Shown here one piece after another: positions 47,630 through 57,547 of a stretch of 64,000 nt of DNA (position 1 is the first letter of the stretch; the number at the start of each line of letters is the position of its first letter). The notes beneath the pieces are model-generated. The model was not told the origin of the DNA and did no database searches. It worked only from the letters and a program-made list of their open reading frames with translations. Origin of the DNA: an uncultured delta proteobacterium (GTDB lineage Bacteria > Myxococcota_A > Polyangia > Polyangiales > Polyangiaceae); contig CAVOKF010000004.1 in the NCBI GenBank assembly GCA_963696385.1, positions 512,001-576,000 on the forward strand. Direction: 5' to 3'. A program made the translations under genes and the position numbers.

Positions 47630-48916
47630 ATGAGACGTACCCGCTATTTGCATATCGCTGCGACCGCCTGTCTGGCTTGCGTCACGTCGACGCGGCTCGC
47701 TCGCGCCATCGCCTGCGACGCGCTGCCGAGCGCGAGCAACCCGTCGAGCGGCACGCTGCCTCCCGTCGTGTACATCGAAGGGGCGAACGCCGTGGGGCCG
47801 TTCATTGCGCCGCTGCAGCAGGCGCTGTCGGTCGATCCAAACCCCATCAACGTCGTCTACATCGGAGATGGCGGGTGCGTGGGAGCGAACAATTTCTTCA
47901 CGAGTACCCCGATCTCGGCCAAGCCTGCACCCATTTACTACGCTGCCCAAGTTCAGGGCACCTGCAGCCTGCCATCGACCGGCGGTCCAAACAACGGCCC
48001 CCCCGTTGCGGACATCGGAACGTCGGATGTGTACGCGCCGACCTGCGGCACGTTACCGGGAGGCCAGTTGCCCCCCAACGTCGTCGATTTTCTTGGCCCC
48101 ATCCAGCCCATGGTCTTTGTCGTGCCGAAAGCGTCCTCGCAGCGTTCGATCAGTGCCGCGGCGGCTTACTTCGTGTTCGGCTTTGGGGCCCGCTCGGGGG
48201 TGGCTCCCTGGACGGTCAACGGGTCGATCTATCGCCGCAATGCCTCGTCCGCCGTGCAGGCGTTGCTCGCCGTCGCCATCGGCGTCCCATTGTCCCAATG
48301 GGCGGGCGTCGACGCGGGCGCGCTGACCTCGAACACGGCCGCAGGTCTGTCCGGGGCCGCTGCGGTCATCAACTCGCTCGAGACCGATGCCAACCCGGAG
48401 CAGGCGATCGGCATTCTTGCCGATACAAACCTCGACTCCACGACGACCACCCACATCACCCCATTGGCCTACAAGGACTTCGACCAATCCTGCGGTTACT
48501 ATCCGGACTCGACGGCAGCCGCCCACGATAAATCGAACGTCCGCGACGGTCATTACTCGCTCTGGGGCCCCATTCATTTCTTCACGTACGTCGATGACCG
48601 CGGGGTGCCTCAGAACCCGAACGTCCAACGCCTCATCTCGTACATGACCGGGACCGCGGTGGCACCCGGTGGCGTCAATCTCGTGCAGGTCGAAGCCCAG
48701 AACAATCTCGTCGCACCCTGTGCCATGCGCGTCACTCGAACCGTCGAGCTCGGACCGCTTGCCTCGTATTCTCCGTCGGGATCGTGCGGTTGTTATTACG
48801 ATTACGTTTCCACGGGCCAATCGAGCTGCACGCCGTGCAGCAAGGAATCGGACTGCTCGGCCTCAGCACCGATCTGCAATATTTCGTTTGCCCAGGGCTT
48901 TTGTGAGACCCAATGA
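47630..48916 (+). CDS. Secreted Cys-rich protein with probable periplasmic-binding-protein (PstS-like) fold
   Basis: Signal peptide; YIEGANAV, DIGTSDV, YRRNASSAVQ, VRDGHYSLWG; C-terminal Cys module. Confidence 0.65.
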   Translation: MRRTRYLHIAATACLACVTSTRLARAIACDALPSASNPSSGTLPPVVYIEGANAVGPFIAPLQQALSVDPNPINVVYIGDGGCVGANNFFTSTPISAKPAPIYYAAQVQGTCSLPSTGGPNNGPPVADIGTSDVYAPTCGTLPGGQLPPNVVDFLGPIQPMVFVVPKASSQRSISAAAAYFVFGFGARSGVAPWTVNGSIYRRNASSAVQALLAVAIGVPLSQWAGVDAGALTSNTAAGLSGAAAVINSLETDANPEQAIGILADTNLDSTTTTHITPLAYKDFDQSCGYYPDSTAAAHDKSNVRDGHYSLWGPIHFFTYVDDRGVPQNPNVQRLISYMTGTAVAPGGVNLVQVEAQNNLVAPCAMRVTRTVELGPLASYSPSGSCGCYYDYVSTGQSSCTPCSKESDCSASAPICNISFAQGFCETQ

Positions 48917-49194
48917 ACGGAATACGACTCCGACGACTACTCGGCCATCTTTTTCCTTTCGCCGCCAGAGCCCGGCGAAGCGTTCGTGGACGATGTTGAG
49001 AGGCCTCATTGCGGGGCGCGACGGGTGCGAGCGCAGAAGCGTACTGTCGGCGCTCGAGGGTGACGAACCGGCGACGCGCGCATGCGCGCTTGCTGCAGCG
49101 GGGTGTCTCGCGGGGGTGAACAGCGAGCTCGAGCGGGCCCCTCGTTTTTTCCGCGTCTTGCGCAATTCGTCGAACGCCTCGCAGAATGCCGGCC

Positions 49195-49854
49195 ATGAAG
49201 CTCGTCTCGTTCGCCCTGCTCTCGGTGCTCACCGCTTGCACGACGCGGTCGAGCCCCAACCTCGAAAACACCGGCCTCACGGCGCCGTCTGCGTCGCTCG
49301 GCGCCACGGCCTCCGGCGCGGACTCGAGGTTTGGGCATGACGCGGCCGCGACTTCTTCGGACGCCTCCTCTCCTGCATTCGCCCAGCCGGCGCCGGGCGG
49401 CTCTGCTCCCGCCGACGATCTGGTCGGCCAGCGCGCTGCCGAGTTCACGGCGACCGCCCAGGACGGCAGCCTCGTGCGGCTGTCTGCGCTGCGGGGAAAG
49501 CCGATCGTCGTTTACTTTTATCCCAAAGACGAAACGCCGGGCTGCACGAAAGAAGCGTGCTCGTTTCGCGACGTATGGTCCGCGATCGCTTCCACCGGCG
49601 CCGTACTCGTGGGCATCTCGGCCGACCCGACCGCGTCGCACAGGCGCTTCGCCGAGCATTACAAGCTTCCGTTCCTTCTCGTGAGCGATCCGGACGGATC
49701 CATCGGCCGCTCGTACGGCGTTCCCTTCGAAGGCCGCCACCGCCGTCAGACGATCGTCATTGGTCCGGACGGCAAGGTTCGCAAGGTGTACCGAACCGTC
49801 GACGTGACGGTGCACGCGCAGCAGGTCTTGGACGACCTGACGCACTTGTCGTAG
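49195..49854 (+). CDS. bcp: BCP/PrxQ peroxiredoxin with lipoprotein signal
   Basis: YFYPKDETPGCTKEACSFRD; N-terminus MKLVSFALLSVLTAC. Confidence 0.9.
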   Translation: MKLVSFALLSVLTACTTRSSPNLENTGLTAPSASLGATASGADSRFGHDAAATSSDASSPAFAQPAPGGSAPADDLVGQRAAEFTATAQDGSLVRLSALRGKPIVVYFYPKDETPGCTKEACSFRDVWSAIASTGAVLVGISADPTASHRRFAEHYKLPFLLVSDPDGSIGRSYGVPFEGRHRRQTIVIGPDGKVRKVYRTVDVTVHAQQVLDDLTHLS

Positions 49855-50010
49855 CGGCGATGGGGGCCCAGAACGGCGTCGTCGATGCATTCCCTGAGGT
49901 CGGAGACGACGCCGGGACGCTCCGGCAGTGCCCGTGGAATGCACTCGAAGGATCCATGCGCGGGCGGCCAAATCTGCCTCGAGGGCCATGTGGAGCACGC
50001 ACGTGAGCCC

Positions 50011-50054
50011 GCTCAGTGCGGCCGAGCGCTCAGCGCGGCCGAGCGCTCAGCGCG
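50011..50054. repeat. 17-bp tandem repeat (about 2.6 copies) upstream of the encapsulin operon
   Basis: gctcagtgcggccgagc / gctcagcgcggccgagc / gctcagcgcg. Confidence 0.8.
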
Positions 50055-50142
50055 TAGCGACGCGCGCTACATCCGGTCCAGTACGGGCGCAGCGACAAGC
50101 CTCTCCCTTCGGACCACGAGGCGGTGGTATCGTCGCCGGACG

Positions 50143-50529
50143 ATGAGCAGCGAGACCTACCACGAGCCGATTGATCTTCTCTCCGAAGAGACGCGAAACA
50201 TGCACCGCGCCATCGTCTCCCTCAAGGAGGAGCTTGAGGCGGTCGACTGGTATCAGCAGCGTGCCGAGGCATGCAGCGACGAGCAGCTTCGGGGGGTGCT
50301 CGTGCACAACAAGAACGAAGAGATCGAGCACGCGATGATGAACCTCGAGTGGATCCGCCGCCACAGCGAAGTCTTCGACGCGAACATCAAAACCTACGTC
50401 AACTCGAAAGGGCCCATCCTGGCCGTCGAGAAGCAGCAGACGGCGGGCGAGCCAGGCCGTAGCGCCGGCAGCCCACCCTCCGGGGGCTCGTCCAGCTTGG
50501 GCATCGGCAGTCTGAAGGAAAGCAAGTGA
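50143..50529 (+). CDS. Encapsulated ferritin-like protein (EncFtn) with cargo-loading peptide
   Basis: HRAIVSLKEELEAVDWYQQR, HNKNEEIEH; C-terminal SLGIGSLK targeting peptide. Confidence 0.93.
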   Translation: MSSETYHEPIDLLSEETRNMHRAIVSLKEELEAVDWYQQRAEACSDEQLRGVLVHNKNEEIEHAMMNLEWIRRHSEVFDANIKTYVNSKGPILAVEKQQTAGEPGRSAGSPPSGGSSSLGIGSLKESK

Positions 50530-51375
50530 TGGATCTGCTCAAGCGCAAGCACGCACCGCTCACCGACGAGGCTTGGGAGCAGGTCGACAGGGAGGCTCGG
50601 CGCGTTCTGAAGCTCAACCTCGCGGGGCGCAAGGTCGTCGACTTCTCGGGGCCGCACGGCTGGACTTTCGGAGCGGTCAACACGGGCCGGCTCAAGCCGA
50701 TCGGCAAGGTCGCGGTCGGTGGAGTCTCTCACGCCATCCGCGCGGTTCAGCCTCTCGTCGAGGTCCGGGCTCCCTTTACGATGAAGATCGCCGAGCTCGA
50801 CGACGCGTCGCGCGGAGCCGACGATTTGGACCTGGATCCGGTGATCGCCGTTGCCGAGCGCGTCGCTCGCGCCGAAGACACGGCTATTTTTCACGGCTTC
50901 AAGGATGGGCAGATTACGGGCATCATCGAGGCGAGCCCCCACAAGCCCATCGGCGTGAACGCCATCCTCGAATGGCCGAGAGCCGTTGTCGCTGCACTCG
51001 AAGCCCTGCGCGCGGCGGGCATGAACGGCCCCTATGCCCTCGCCCTCGGCCTGCAAGCGTACGACGAGCTCGATGCCGACAGCGAGGACGGCTACCCCCT
51101 TCGGCAGCGCTTCGAGCAGAGCTTGCCCGACGTGTCGTTGGTCTGGGCGCCCGCGTTGCAGGGAGGCGCCGTGCTTCTGTCGACACGCGGGGGAGACTAC
51201 GAGCTGACCGTTGGGCAAGACCTGTCGGTCGGCTACGCCATCCACGATCGTACCGACGTAGATTCTGTTCCTCACCGAGTCGTTCACGTTCCGGGTGCTC
51301 GAAGAGAAGGCGGCCATATTCCTGAAGCGTGCCTTGCCCCGCGAAAGCGCGGGATCGGACAGGACCGGCGGATGA
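50529..51375 (+). CDS. Family 1 encapsulin shell protein (1-nt frameshift near 51263)
   Basis: MDLLKRKHAPL, LAGRKVVDFSGPHG, EDTAIFHG, STRGGDYELTVGQDLSVGY. Removing one T restores LFLTESFTFRVL...AAIFL with a stop at 51375. Confidence 0.9.
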
Positions 51376-51412
51376 CCGAGGCTTCGCGGCGAGTCCGAGC
51401 CGACGGTCTCCG

Positions 51413-51994
51413 CTAGCGACCTCTTCCGCGGACCGGATTCACCGGGGGCGAGCCTCCGACGAGCGCCGGATCGGCGGCCAAATAGAGGTCAATCACGAAA
51501 ATCAAATCGGTTCGCGGTTGGACATCGGGAGGTTTGCCCGCTTCGCCGAATGCAAGGCGCCAGGGCACGAAGACGCGGCGCTGTTCACCTGCGCGCATTC
51601 CGAGCATGGCTCTCTCGAACCCGCAGATGATCTTCGTGCTGCCGATCATGATCTCGAGCGGCGGGCCGTCTTTCCGGGTGTCATGGACGACGGTGCCGTC
51701 TGGCAGCCGGGCGATGTAGTGAACGCGAACGCTCTCACCGTCTCCGACGACCTTTCCACTGCCCGCCTCGAGCACTTCGACGCGCAGGCCCGTATCGTCG
51801 TGGAAATCCGCCGCGCATCGCTCGCCTTCAAGCCAGGGGTCGTCGGCGCGGGCGTTATCGGCCACGGTCTCGCGGGGAAATGTGGCGCCCCCGCAGGACA
51901 GACTGAGCGGCGCAGCGAGGATGGTCGTTGCAAGAAGCCGGCGGCCCTTCGTTACCTTGAAACCGATGTGCTGTAGCTTCAACATTTTATCCAT
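51413..51994 (-). CDS. FKBP-type peptidyl-prolyl isomerase (likely lipoprotein)
   Basis: VRVHY..LPDG, IICGFERAMLGMRAGEQR.VFVP..LAFG, LIFVIDL. Start is uncertain. Confidence 0.85.
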   Translation of the reverse strand: MDKMLKLQHIGFKVTKGRRLLATTILAAPLSLSCGGATFPRETVADNARADDPWLEGERCAADFHDDTGLRVEVLEAGSGKVVGDGESVRVHYIARLPDGTVVHDTRKDGPPLEIMIGSTKIICGFERAMLGMRAGEQRRVFVPWRLAFGEAGKPPDVQPRTDLIFVIDLYLAADPALVGGSPPVNPVRGRGR

Positions 51995-52189
51995 CGCGAG
52001 GCACGGTGGCGGCAACGAACGCGAACAGGGCCCGGGACTCTAGCGGTTAAGCGCGAAACGACCACATCCAATCGACCGAGAGCGGGCGCCGCCCGAGTGG
52101 CTCGATGGGGTCCGGGCGGCTCGCGTCTGGTCGTGTGAATGCTGGAGACGAGTTCGGCGCGCCACGGCGGCCCGGCCTAGGATGAGCGC

Positions 52190-52564
52190 ATGCGTTTCCC
52201 TCTCGCTCCTGGAGTGATCGCTGCGAGTCTCGCAGGCGCAGTGCGCGCTGGTTCGGCAGATGCCGGTCTGACCGTACCCGTTACGATCACGATCGTCGGT
52301 CACGGAGAGATTCGTCTCGTCGTCGCCGACGGCGCGTCCCTTCCGTGCGACGCCTCGGACAATCGGGTGCTGATAAACGATCGGGTGAGGGCCGGCGATG
52401 AGATCAAGCTCAGCTCGACCAAGGGCTCGGTCTGCGTCGATCACACGTACGGATCGCTGCGCGAGTCGCAGTGGGCTGGGCCATCGATCTGGTCGGGCAG
52501 GGCCACATGGCCCGGAGGTCCTGAGGCCGTGATTCACGGCACCGTATCCACCGACCAGCCGTGA
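52190..52564 (+). CDS. Small exported hypothetical protein
   Basis: Hydrophobic N-terminus, beta-rich body with two Cys. Confidence 0.55.
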   Translation: MRFPLAPGVIAASLAGAVRAGSADAGLTVPVTITIVGHGEIRLVVADGASLPCDASDNRVLINDRVRAGDEIKLSSTKGSVCVDHTYGSLRESQWAGPSIWSGRATWPGGPEAVIHGTVSTDQP

Positions 52565-52578
52565 AACGCGTAACGCGG

Positions 52579-52896
52579 TCACGCAACAGGGCGTGTCTGC
52601 GCTGCGAGACGCGCGATGATTTCGGGTCGCAGGAGCCCAGCGACTTCGACGACTTTGGTCTTCGACGCCGCCCCCAGAGCCAAGCGGAGCGACCGTTTCG
52701 GAACGCCCAGCGCCTTCGCTAGCGTCGCAAGGAGTTCGTCGTTCGCCGCCCCGTCGACGGGTGGTGCCGCCAACGATATTTCCACCGAGAGCCCGTCGGC
52801 GCGAAGGACGCGGGATGTCTTCGCCCGAGGCTTCACACGCACGGTGATGCGAACGGCACCATTCGCCGCCGATTCACTGCGTCGTGCCATCGCCAT
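52579..52896 (-). CDS. DUF167 (YggU/UPF0235) family protein
   Basis: VRVKPRA, AAPPVDGAAN, LGVPK, GAASKTK. Confidence 0.9.
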   Translation of the reverse strand: MAMARRSESAANGAVRITVRVKPRAKTSRVLRADGLSVEISLAAPPVDGAANDELLATLAKALGVPKRSLRLALGAASKTKVVEVAGLLRPEIIARLAAQTRPVA

Positions 52897-52987
52897 GTTC
52901 GTGCCGAGGACCCGGCCGCCTTGCCTCCCATGGGTTCTTTACCCCGCAACGGCGCGACGCACCATGAACCAAGCTCGGATTCGAGCA

Positions 52988-53851
52988 TCAGGGCTCGGCG
53001 CGCCACCACGAGCGCAGCAGCGTATGAGCCGACGTGACAACGACCGCAATGACGAGCCATTTCACCGCGTGGAGCGGCAGCGATCGCACGACCCACGCGG
53101 CCAAGAAAACGCCGGGCAGGCCGCCGACCGTGAGACCCACCGCGGCTTGGGGGGCGTACGCCTGGCGCGAGACGAAACGCGCGCTCGCGACGGGCATCAA
53201 GAACGCGCACGAGCCCATCATGATCGGAAAGGCGGCCGTCGGGTTCATTCCCAGCAGACTGACGAGCACCATGCAGGGGCCGTACAGACCGACGCCAAGC
53301 GTCATCCACGCCCCGAGAATGAAGTTGCCTGCGGCAGCCAGCGCCAGGCGTGGCCCACGAAGCGCGAGCGCGTCTCCTCCGGCGGGCAGGACGTGAAGTT
53401 GCTCGGCGCAGAGCATCGAGGCGGCCGCGACGAGTGCCACGCCGAGCCCGAGTTGAATGCGTTGCTTCGGCCACGTGGCCACGGTGCCGGCGCCGACCCA
53501 GGCGCCGGCCACCGATGCGGAAATCAGGAGGGCGAGCGTCGTGCCGTCGATGTGAACAATCGCAACATAAATGAACGCCTGCGCGATCGTCGGGATCGTG
53601 TGCCCGACGTTGAGCGTCCCGGGGATAAGGCGATCGGCGACGAGTCCGCGGAGCCTGAAAAGCGCCGTGGTCGTCGCGAACGAACCGATGCCGAGCGTGT
53701 CGAAAAAGTCCGTGACCAGGCCGACGAATACTTCGTAGGCGGAAGGCAGTGCGTCGCCGAGCGAGCGGCCCGCGCGGAGCGTTGCCAGCCAGCGATAGAC
53801 GAAGACTGCGCCCCAGATCCCGAGGACGAGGAGCAGAATGTCGACGGTCAC
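52988..53851 (-). CDS. TSUP/TauE-SafE family permease
   Basis: FFDTLGIGSFATT, IPGTLNVGH, GVGLYGPC, AFPIMMGSCAFLMP. Confidence 0.85.
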   Translation of the reverse strand: MTVDILLLVLGIWGAVFVYRWLATLRAGRSLGDALPSAYEVFVGLVTDFFDTLGIGSFATTTALFRLRGLVADRLIPGTLNVGHTIPTIAQAFIYVAIVHIDGTTLALLISASVAGAWVGAGTVATWPKQRIQLGLGVALVAAASMLCAEQLHVLPAGGDALALRGPRLALAAAGNFILGAWMTLGVGLYGPCMVLVSLLGMNPTAAFPIMMGSCAFLMPVASARFVSRQAYAPQAAVGLTVGGLPGVFLAAWVVRSLPLHAVKWLVIAVVVTSAHTLLRSWWRAEP

Positions 53852-53913
53852 GAGCGAGGACGTTAGGGCGATTTGTGGCCCCGGGATAATGTCCCTTCCG
53901 TCCGGAGGACCTC

Positions 53914-56064
53914 ATGCCCGAGAGAAACGATGGGAACGAGGCGAATTCGCCTGCGCGGCGATGGGTTCTCATGACGCTCGTCGCGGCATCCGCGTGTGCC
54001 CCCGCCGCGGATCCGACGCGCGTTCCGGTGGGCGAGGATGCGGTGCCTTCCAGTGAGCTCATGGTCGACGACCACGTCGCCACGGACAACGGCTGGCCGC
54101 GCGTCATCCGGGCGGGCAACCTCCAGGTGAAAGTGTATCAGCCTCAGGTCGAGACGTGGGACGATGACAAACTCCGCTCACGCGCGGCCGTCTCGGTTCA
54201 AACTCCCGCGTCCGCCGTGCCCGTTTATGGGGTCACGTGGCTGTCGGCGCGTACCGATGTCGACCGTGAGAACCGCCTGGTCACCTTGAACGACATTCGG
54301 GTCGACAGCGCCAGCTTTCCATCGCAGCCCGATCGTGCCGAAGAGTTCACGGCGGCCATCCGACAGCACATGCCGACGGGCCCCGTGTACGTGGCGCTCG
54401 ACCGACTCCAGGCGAGTTTGGCCGTTACGCGCGCCGAATCGAAACACCCGACCGTCCAGGTGCAGAACGATGTACCCCGGATTCTGTTCTCGACCACGCC
54501 CGCGATCCTCGTGCTCATCGACGGCCAGCCGGTGCTTCGCCCCGTGACCGACACAGGCCTGCTGCGCATCATCAACACGCGAGCGCTTCTGCTCTTCGAC
54601 CCGCGGGCCGGTCACTACTATCTTTCTCTGGCGGGCCACTGGATGACTTCCGGCGATCCTGCGGGGCCTTGGGTTGAGGCCCGCGACATTCATCCATCGA
54701 TCGCCGTCGCGCTCGATCGCGCCAAGGAAGTGGCGTCGCGCGGTCAGGCGGTCGATCTTCTCGACACGGCCGGGACGCCGCTCATGGACCAGCTGGCGCG
54801 AGGGGTGACTCCGACTCTCTACGTGAGCACAGTGCCGGCCGAGTTGATCGAGCTGCAGGGCCCACCTCAGCTCCAAGCCATTTCCGGGACCCAACTGCTC
54901 GAGGTCACGAACTCCACCTCGGACGTCTTCGTGGACACTGCGACCCCACTCTACTACGTGCTTTTGTCGGGGAGATGGTACAGCAGCCCCTCGCTCGAGC
55001 GCGGGCCGTGGACGTTCGTATCTGCGAAGAATTTGCCATCCGACTTCGCGCGAATCCCGGAAAACCATCCCAAGGGGATTGTGCTGGCTTCTGTGGCAGG
55101 GACGCCGGAGGCGCAACAAGCGGTCATTGCCAACGAGATTCCGCAGACGGTCGCCGTCGACCGCCACGCGGCGGAGCTCACGGTGAGCTACGACGGCGCG
55201 CCGAAATGGTCGCCGATCGAAGGCACAAGCCTCGCGTACGCCCTCAACTCGGCGACGCCGGTCATCCGCGTCGCTCCGACCCGCTACTATGCCGTCGACA
55301 ACGGGATCTGGTTCACAGCCGAGTCGCCGTTGGGGCCCTGGATCGTCGCTTCCTCGGTGCCGGACGTCATCTACACCATCCCCCCGAGTTCGCCGCTCTA
55401 CTACGTGACGTACGTCCGCGTTTATGACTCGACTCCCGAGGTCGTCCACGAGGGTTATACGCCCGGGTACCTGGGCTCGTACGTCGGCGATGACGATGTC
55501 GTCGTCTACGGCACGGGCTTCGTGTATCCCTGCTGGGCTGACAACGTCTGGATCGGCTCGCCGTGGACGTTTGGCTTCGACGTGGGGTGGGCCCCCGGCT
55601 TCTACTGGGGCTTCGGCTGGGGTTACGGGGTCGGCCTCGCGGTCGGCTTATGGCCCGGCATGCTCTTCCACCCCTGGTGGGGTCCGGCTGGTTGGGGCTG
55701 GGGCCACCGCGACATCGTCGTGCGCAACTACCAGGAGGCCAACTTGTACCGAAGCTCCTGGGGACGGAACGTGGTCGGCAATGCCTGGGAGCGGAATGCG
55801 GCCAGCAATCGGGCCTCCATGCCGGTGCGCAAGGTTCCGACCGTCGGCGGCGTCTATGCCGGTCACGACGGGCAAGTGTACCGGACCACGCCGGGATCGG
55901 GCTGGGAGCGCAATACCGGTGAAACCTGGCAGCGCACGGAGCCGACTCGAGATCTCGGACGCGAAGACACGGGACGCCAGGTAGGGGGCGCACACTGGCA
56001 GACCTTTCGTAGCGGCGGAGGATTCCAGGGCGGCGCATTCCACGGAGGTGGCCGACGTCGCTAG
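53914..56064 (+). CDS. Large exported hypothetical protein with Trp/Gly-rich C-terminus
   Basis: Lipobox-like ASAC; WPRV...YQPQVETW; three repeats of YY....G.W......GPW; GWG-rich segment and GGFQGG tail. Confidence 0.8.
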   Translation: MPERNDGNEANSPARRWVLMTLVAASACAPAADPTRVPVGEDAVPSSELMVDDHVATDNGWPRVIRAGNLQVKVYQPQVETWDDDKLRSRAAVSVQTPASAVPVYGVTWLSARTDVDRENRLVTLNDIRVDSASFPSQPDRAEEFTAAIRQHMPTGPVYVALDRLQASLAVTRAESKHPTVQVQNDVPRILFSTTPAILVLIDGQPVLRPVTDTGLLRIINTRALLLFDPRAGHYYLSLAGHWMTSGDPAGPWVEARDIHPSIAVALDRAKEVASRGQAVDLLDTAGTPLMDQLARGVTPTLYVSTVPAELIELQGPPQLQAISGTQLLEVTNSTSDVFVDTATPLYYVLLSGRWYSSPSLERGPWTFVSAKNLPSDFARIPENHPKGIVLASVAGTPEAQQAVIANEIPQTVAVDRHAAELTVSYDGAPKWSPIEGTSLAYALNSATPVIRVAPTRYYAVDNGIWFTAESPLGPWIVASSVPDVIYTIPPSSPLYYVTYVRVYDSTPEVVHEGYTPGYLGSYVGDDDVVVYGTGFVYPCWADNVWIGSPWTFGFDVGWAPGFYWGFGWGYGVGLAVGLWPGMLFHPWWGPAGWGWGHRDIVVRNYQEANLYRSSWGRNVVGNAWERNAASNRASMPVRKVPTVGGVYAGHDGQVYRTTPGSGWERNTGETWQRTEPTRDLGREDTGRQVGGAHWQTFRSGGGFQGGAFHGGGRRR

Positions 56065-56229
56065 AGCGCCGAACAGGATCGACGCTAAAGCTCCCGCGGG
56101 GTCTCAGGAGCACGGCCCGCTCAAGGCCTAAACCTGCGGAATAGGAGCACCGGACGCGACGGCCGGCGAACCGCGAACGATTTTGCGGTAACGTAACCCA
56201 CGCGGTTGCGGTTTCGCGTCGGAGTGCCC

Positions 56230-56838
56230 ATGCAAGCGCGTTATGGCCGTGCCGGCTTCGGAGTTCGATTTCTATCGGGGCTGCACGTCATTGTCCTGAC
56301 GGCATGCGGCGGCTCCGTGTTGCCGGATAAGGGAGCCGATTCGATCGACGCGGCGGTCAACGGCGACGCATTGGCGTCCAACTTGGACGGGGTGAGCGTC
56401 TCATTCGGCGTGTATTGCTGCAGCTCGCCTCTCTTTCCTTCGGATCTGGTGGGAAACGAGTCGACGGCGACCGTCGGTTCCGTACCGAACGGCGCCCCGC
56501 TCTTCCCTGAAATTTCGGGCACGAACGATTCGAACTACGTCGTCCCGGCCAACGTCTACGTCGGCGCAAGCTCGATCGCGATCGACTTTCTTTCATTTTC
56601 GCCCCTAACCGAGGGCGCCTTCGACGGCTATGTTTTTACGTTCTCGAGCGCCACGCCTTCGCCCACTCCGTGGATCGTAGGCGCCACGCTGGATGCCGAA
56701 AGCTCGTTTACCAAGAGCCAGGTCATCGTGACCGTTCCGAACTCGAACACCGTCTGCATCAATGCGTCCGGCATTTCAGTCACTCCGCAATCCGTCATTG
56801 TCGTGGATCTCGTGCTCGCGGCGCCCGGCGAACGTTAG
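56230..56838 (+). CDS. Hypothetical lipoprotein
   Basis: GGAG RBS; lipobox LTAC; beta-rich domain. Confidence 0.7.
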   Translation: MQARYGRAGFGVRFLSGLHVIVLTACGGSVLPDKGADSIDAAVNGDALASNLDGVSVSFGVYCCSSPLFPSDLVGNESTATVGSVPNGAPLFPEISGTNDSNYVVPANVYVGASSIAIDFLSFSPLTEGAFDGYVFTFSSATPSPTPWIVGATLDAESSFTKSQVIVTVPNSNTVCINASGISVTPQSVIVVDLVLAAPGER

Positions 56839-57001
56839 GAGTGCGTCTGGCCCGTGGTGGCTACGGCCGATGCGACGTCTGAGCCGTGGCGCCGAGCCGC
56901 CGACGCGATCGACGAAGGCCCGGTCCGCGCGGTGGGGTATGCGGCGCCGCGCCGAGCGCCGATCGTGGCAGGCTCGCGGTTCGCGTCATAGAGTACGGGT
57001 C

Positions 57002-57547
57002 GTGCGGACTGTGTCGCTCGGGCCCGTGTCGGCAGCCGCGTCGCGAGCGGCCCCGATCGGGGCGATTCCACTTTATCGCAGCACGGTCGATCTCGTGCAG
57101 CTTGCCCGATCCACGCTCGAGCCGCTCGAGCGCGAAGCGCGCAGTCTCGACGTGACGCTATCGATCGATAGCCTGGTCAGCCTCGATTCGGTATCGGTGG
57201 ATCCCGAGAAGATGGCGTGGGTGATCGCCACTCTCGCTGGAAACGCGCTCCGCTACGTTCGTCGCGGATCGCGCCGCCTGCCGGGCGGCGACATCGTCGT
57301 GCGCCTGTGCCGCGACGAGGCGGGCAAGACGGTCACGATTTCGGTGGAGGACGATGGGCCGGGAATCCCGGCCGACAAGCTGCCGTTCCTTTTCGAACGT
57401 CAAGCAGGCTCACAACACGCCGTTGGACTAGGGCTCACCCTTGTGAAGGACATCGTCGTCGCCCACGGCGGCAACGTCAAAGTCGACAGCAGCACGGACC
57501 ATCACGCACATGGCACTACGGTGCGCGTGACGCTCCCGACGACGTAA
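57002..57547 (+). CDS. Stand-alone HATPase_c (histidine-kinase-like ATPase) domain protein
   Basis: LAGNALRY (N box), VEDDGPGI (G1), GLGL (G2), AHGG, GTTV; no H-box or HisKA region visible. Start is uncertain. Confidence 0.7.
   Translation: MRTVSLGPVSAAASRAAPIGAIPLYRSTVDLVQLARSTLEPLEREARSLDVTLSIDSLVSLDSVSVDPEKMAWVIATLAGNALRYVRRGSRRLPGGDIVVRLCRDEAGKTVTISVEDDGPGIPADKLPFLFERQAGSQHAVGLGLTLVKDIVVAHGGNVKVDSSTDHHAHGTTVRVTLPTT

Noticed and set aside
50011..50054. CRISPR array
   Set aside because: Units are directly abutting with no spacers, and there are no cas genes.
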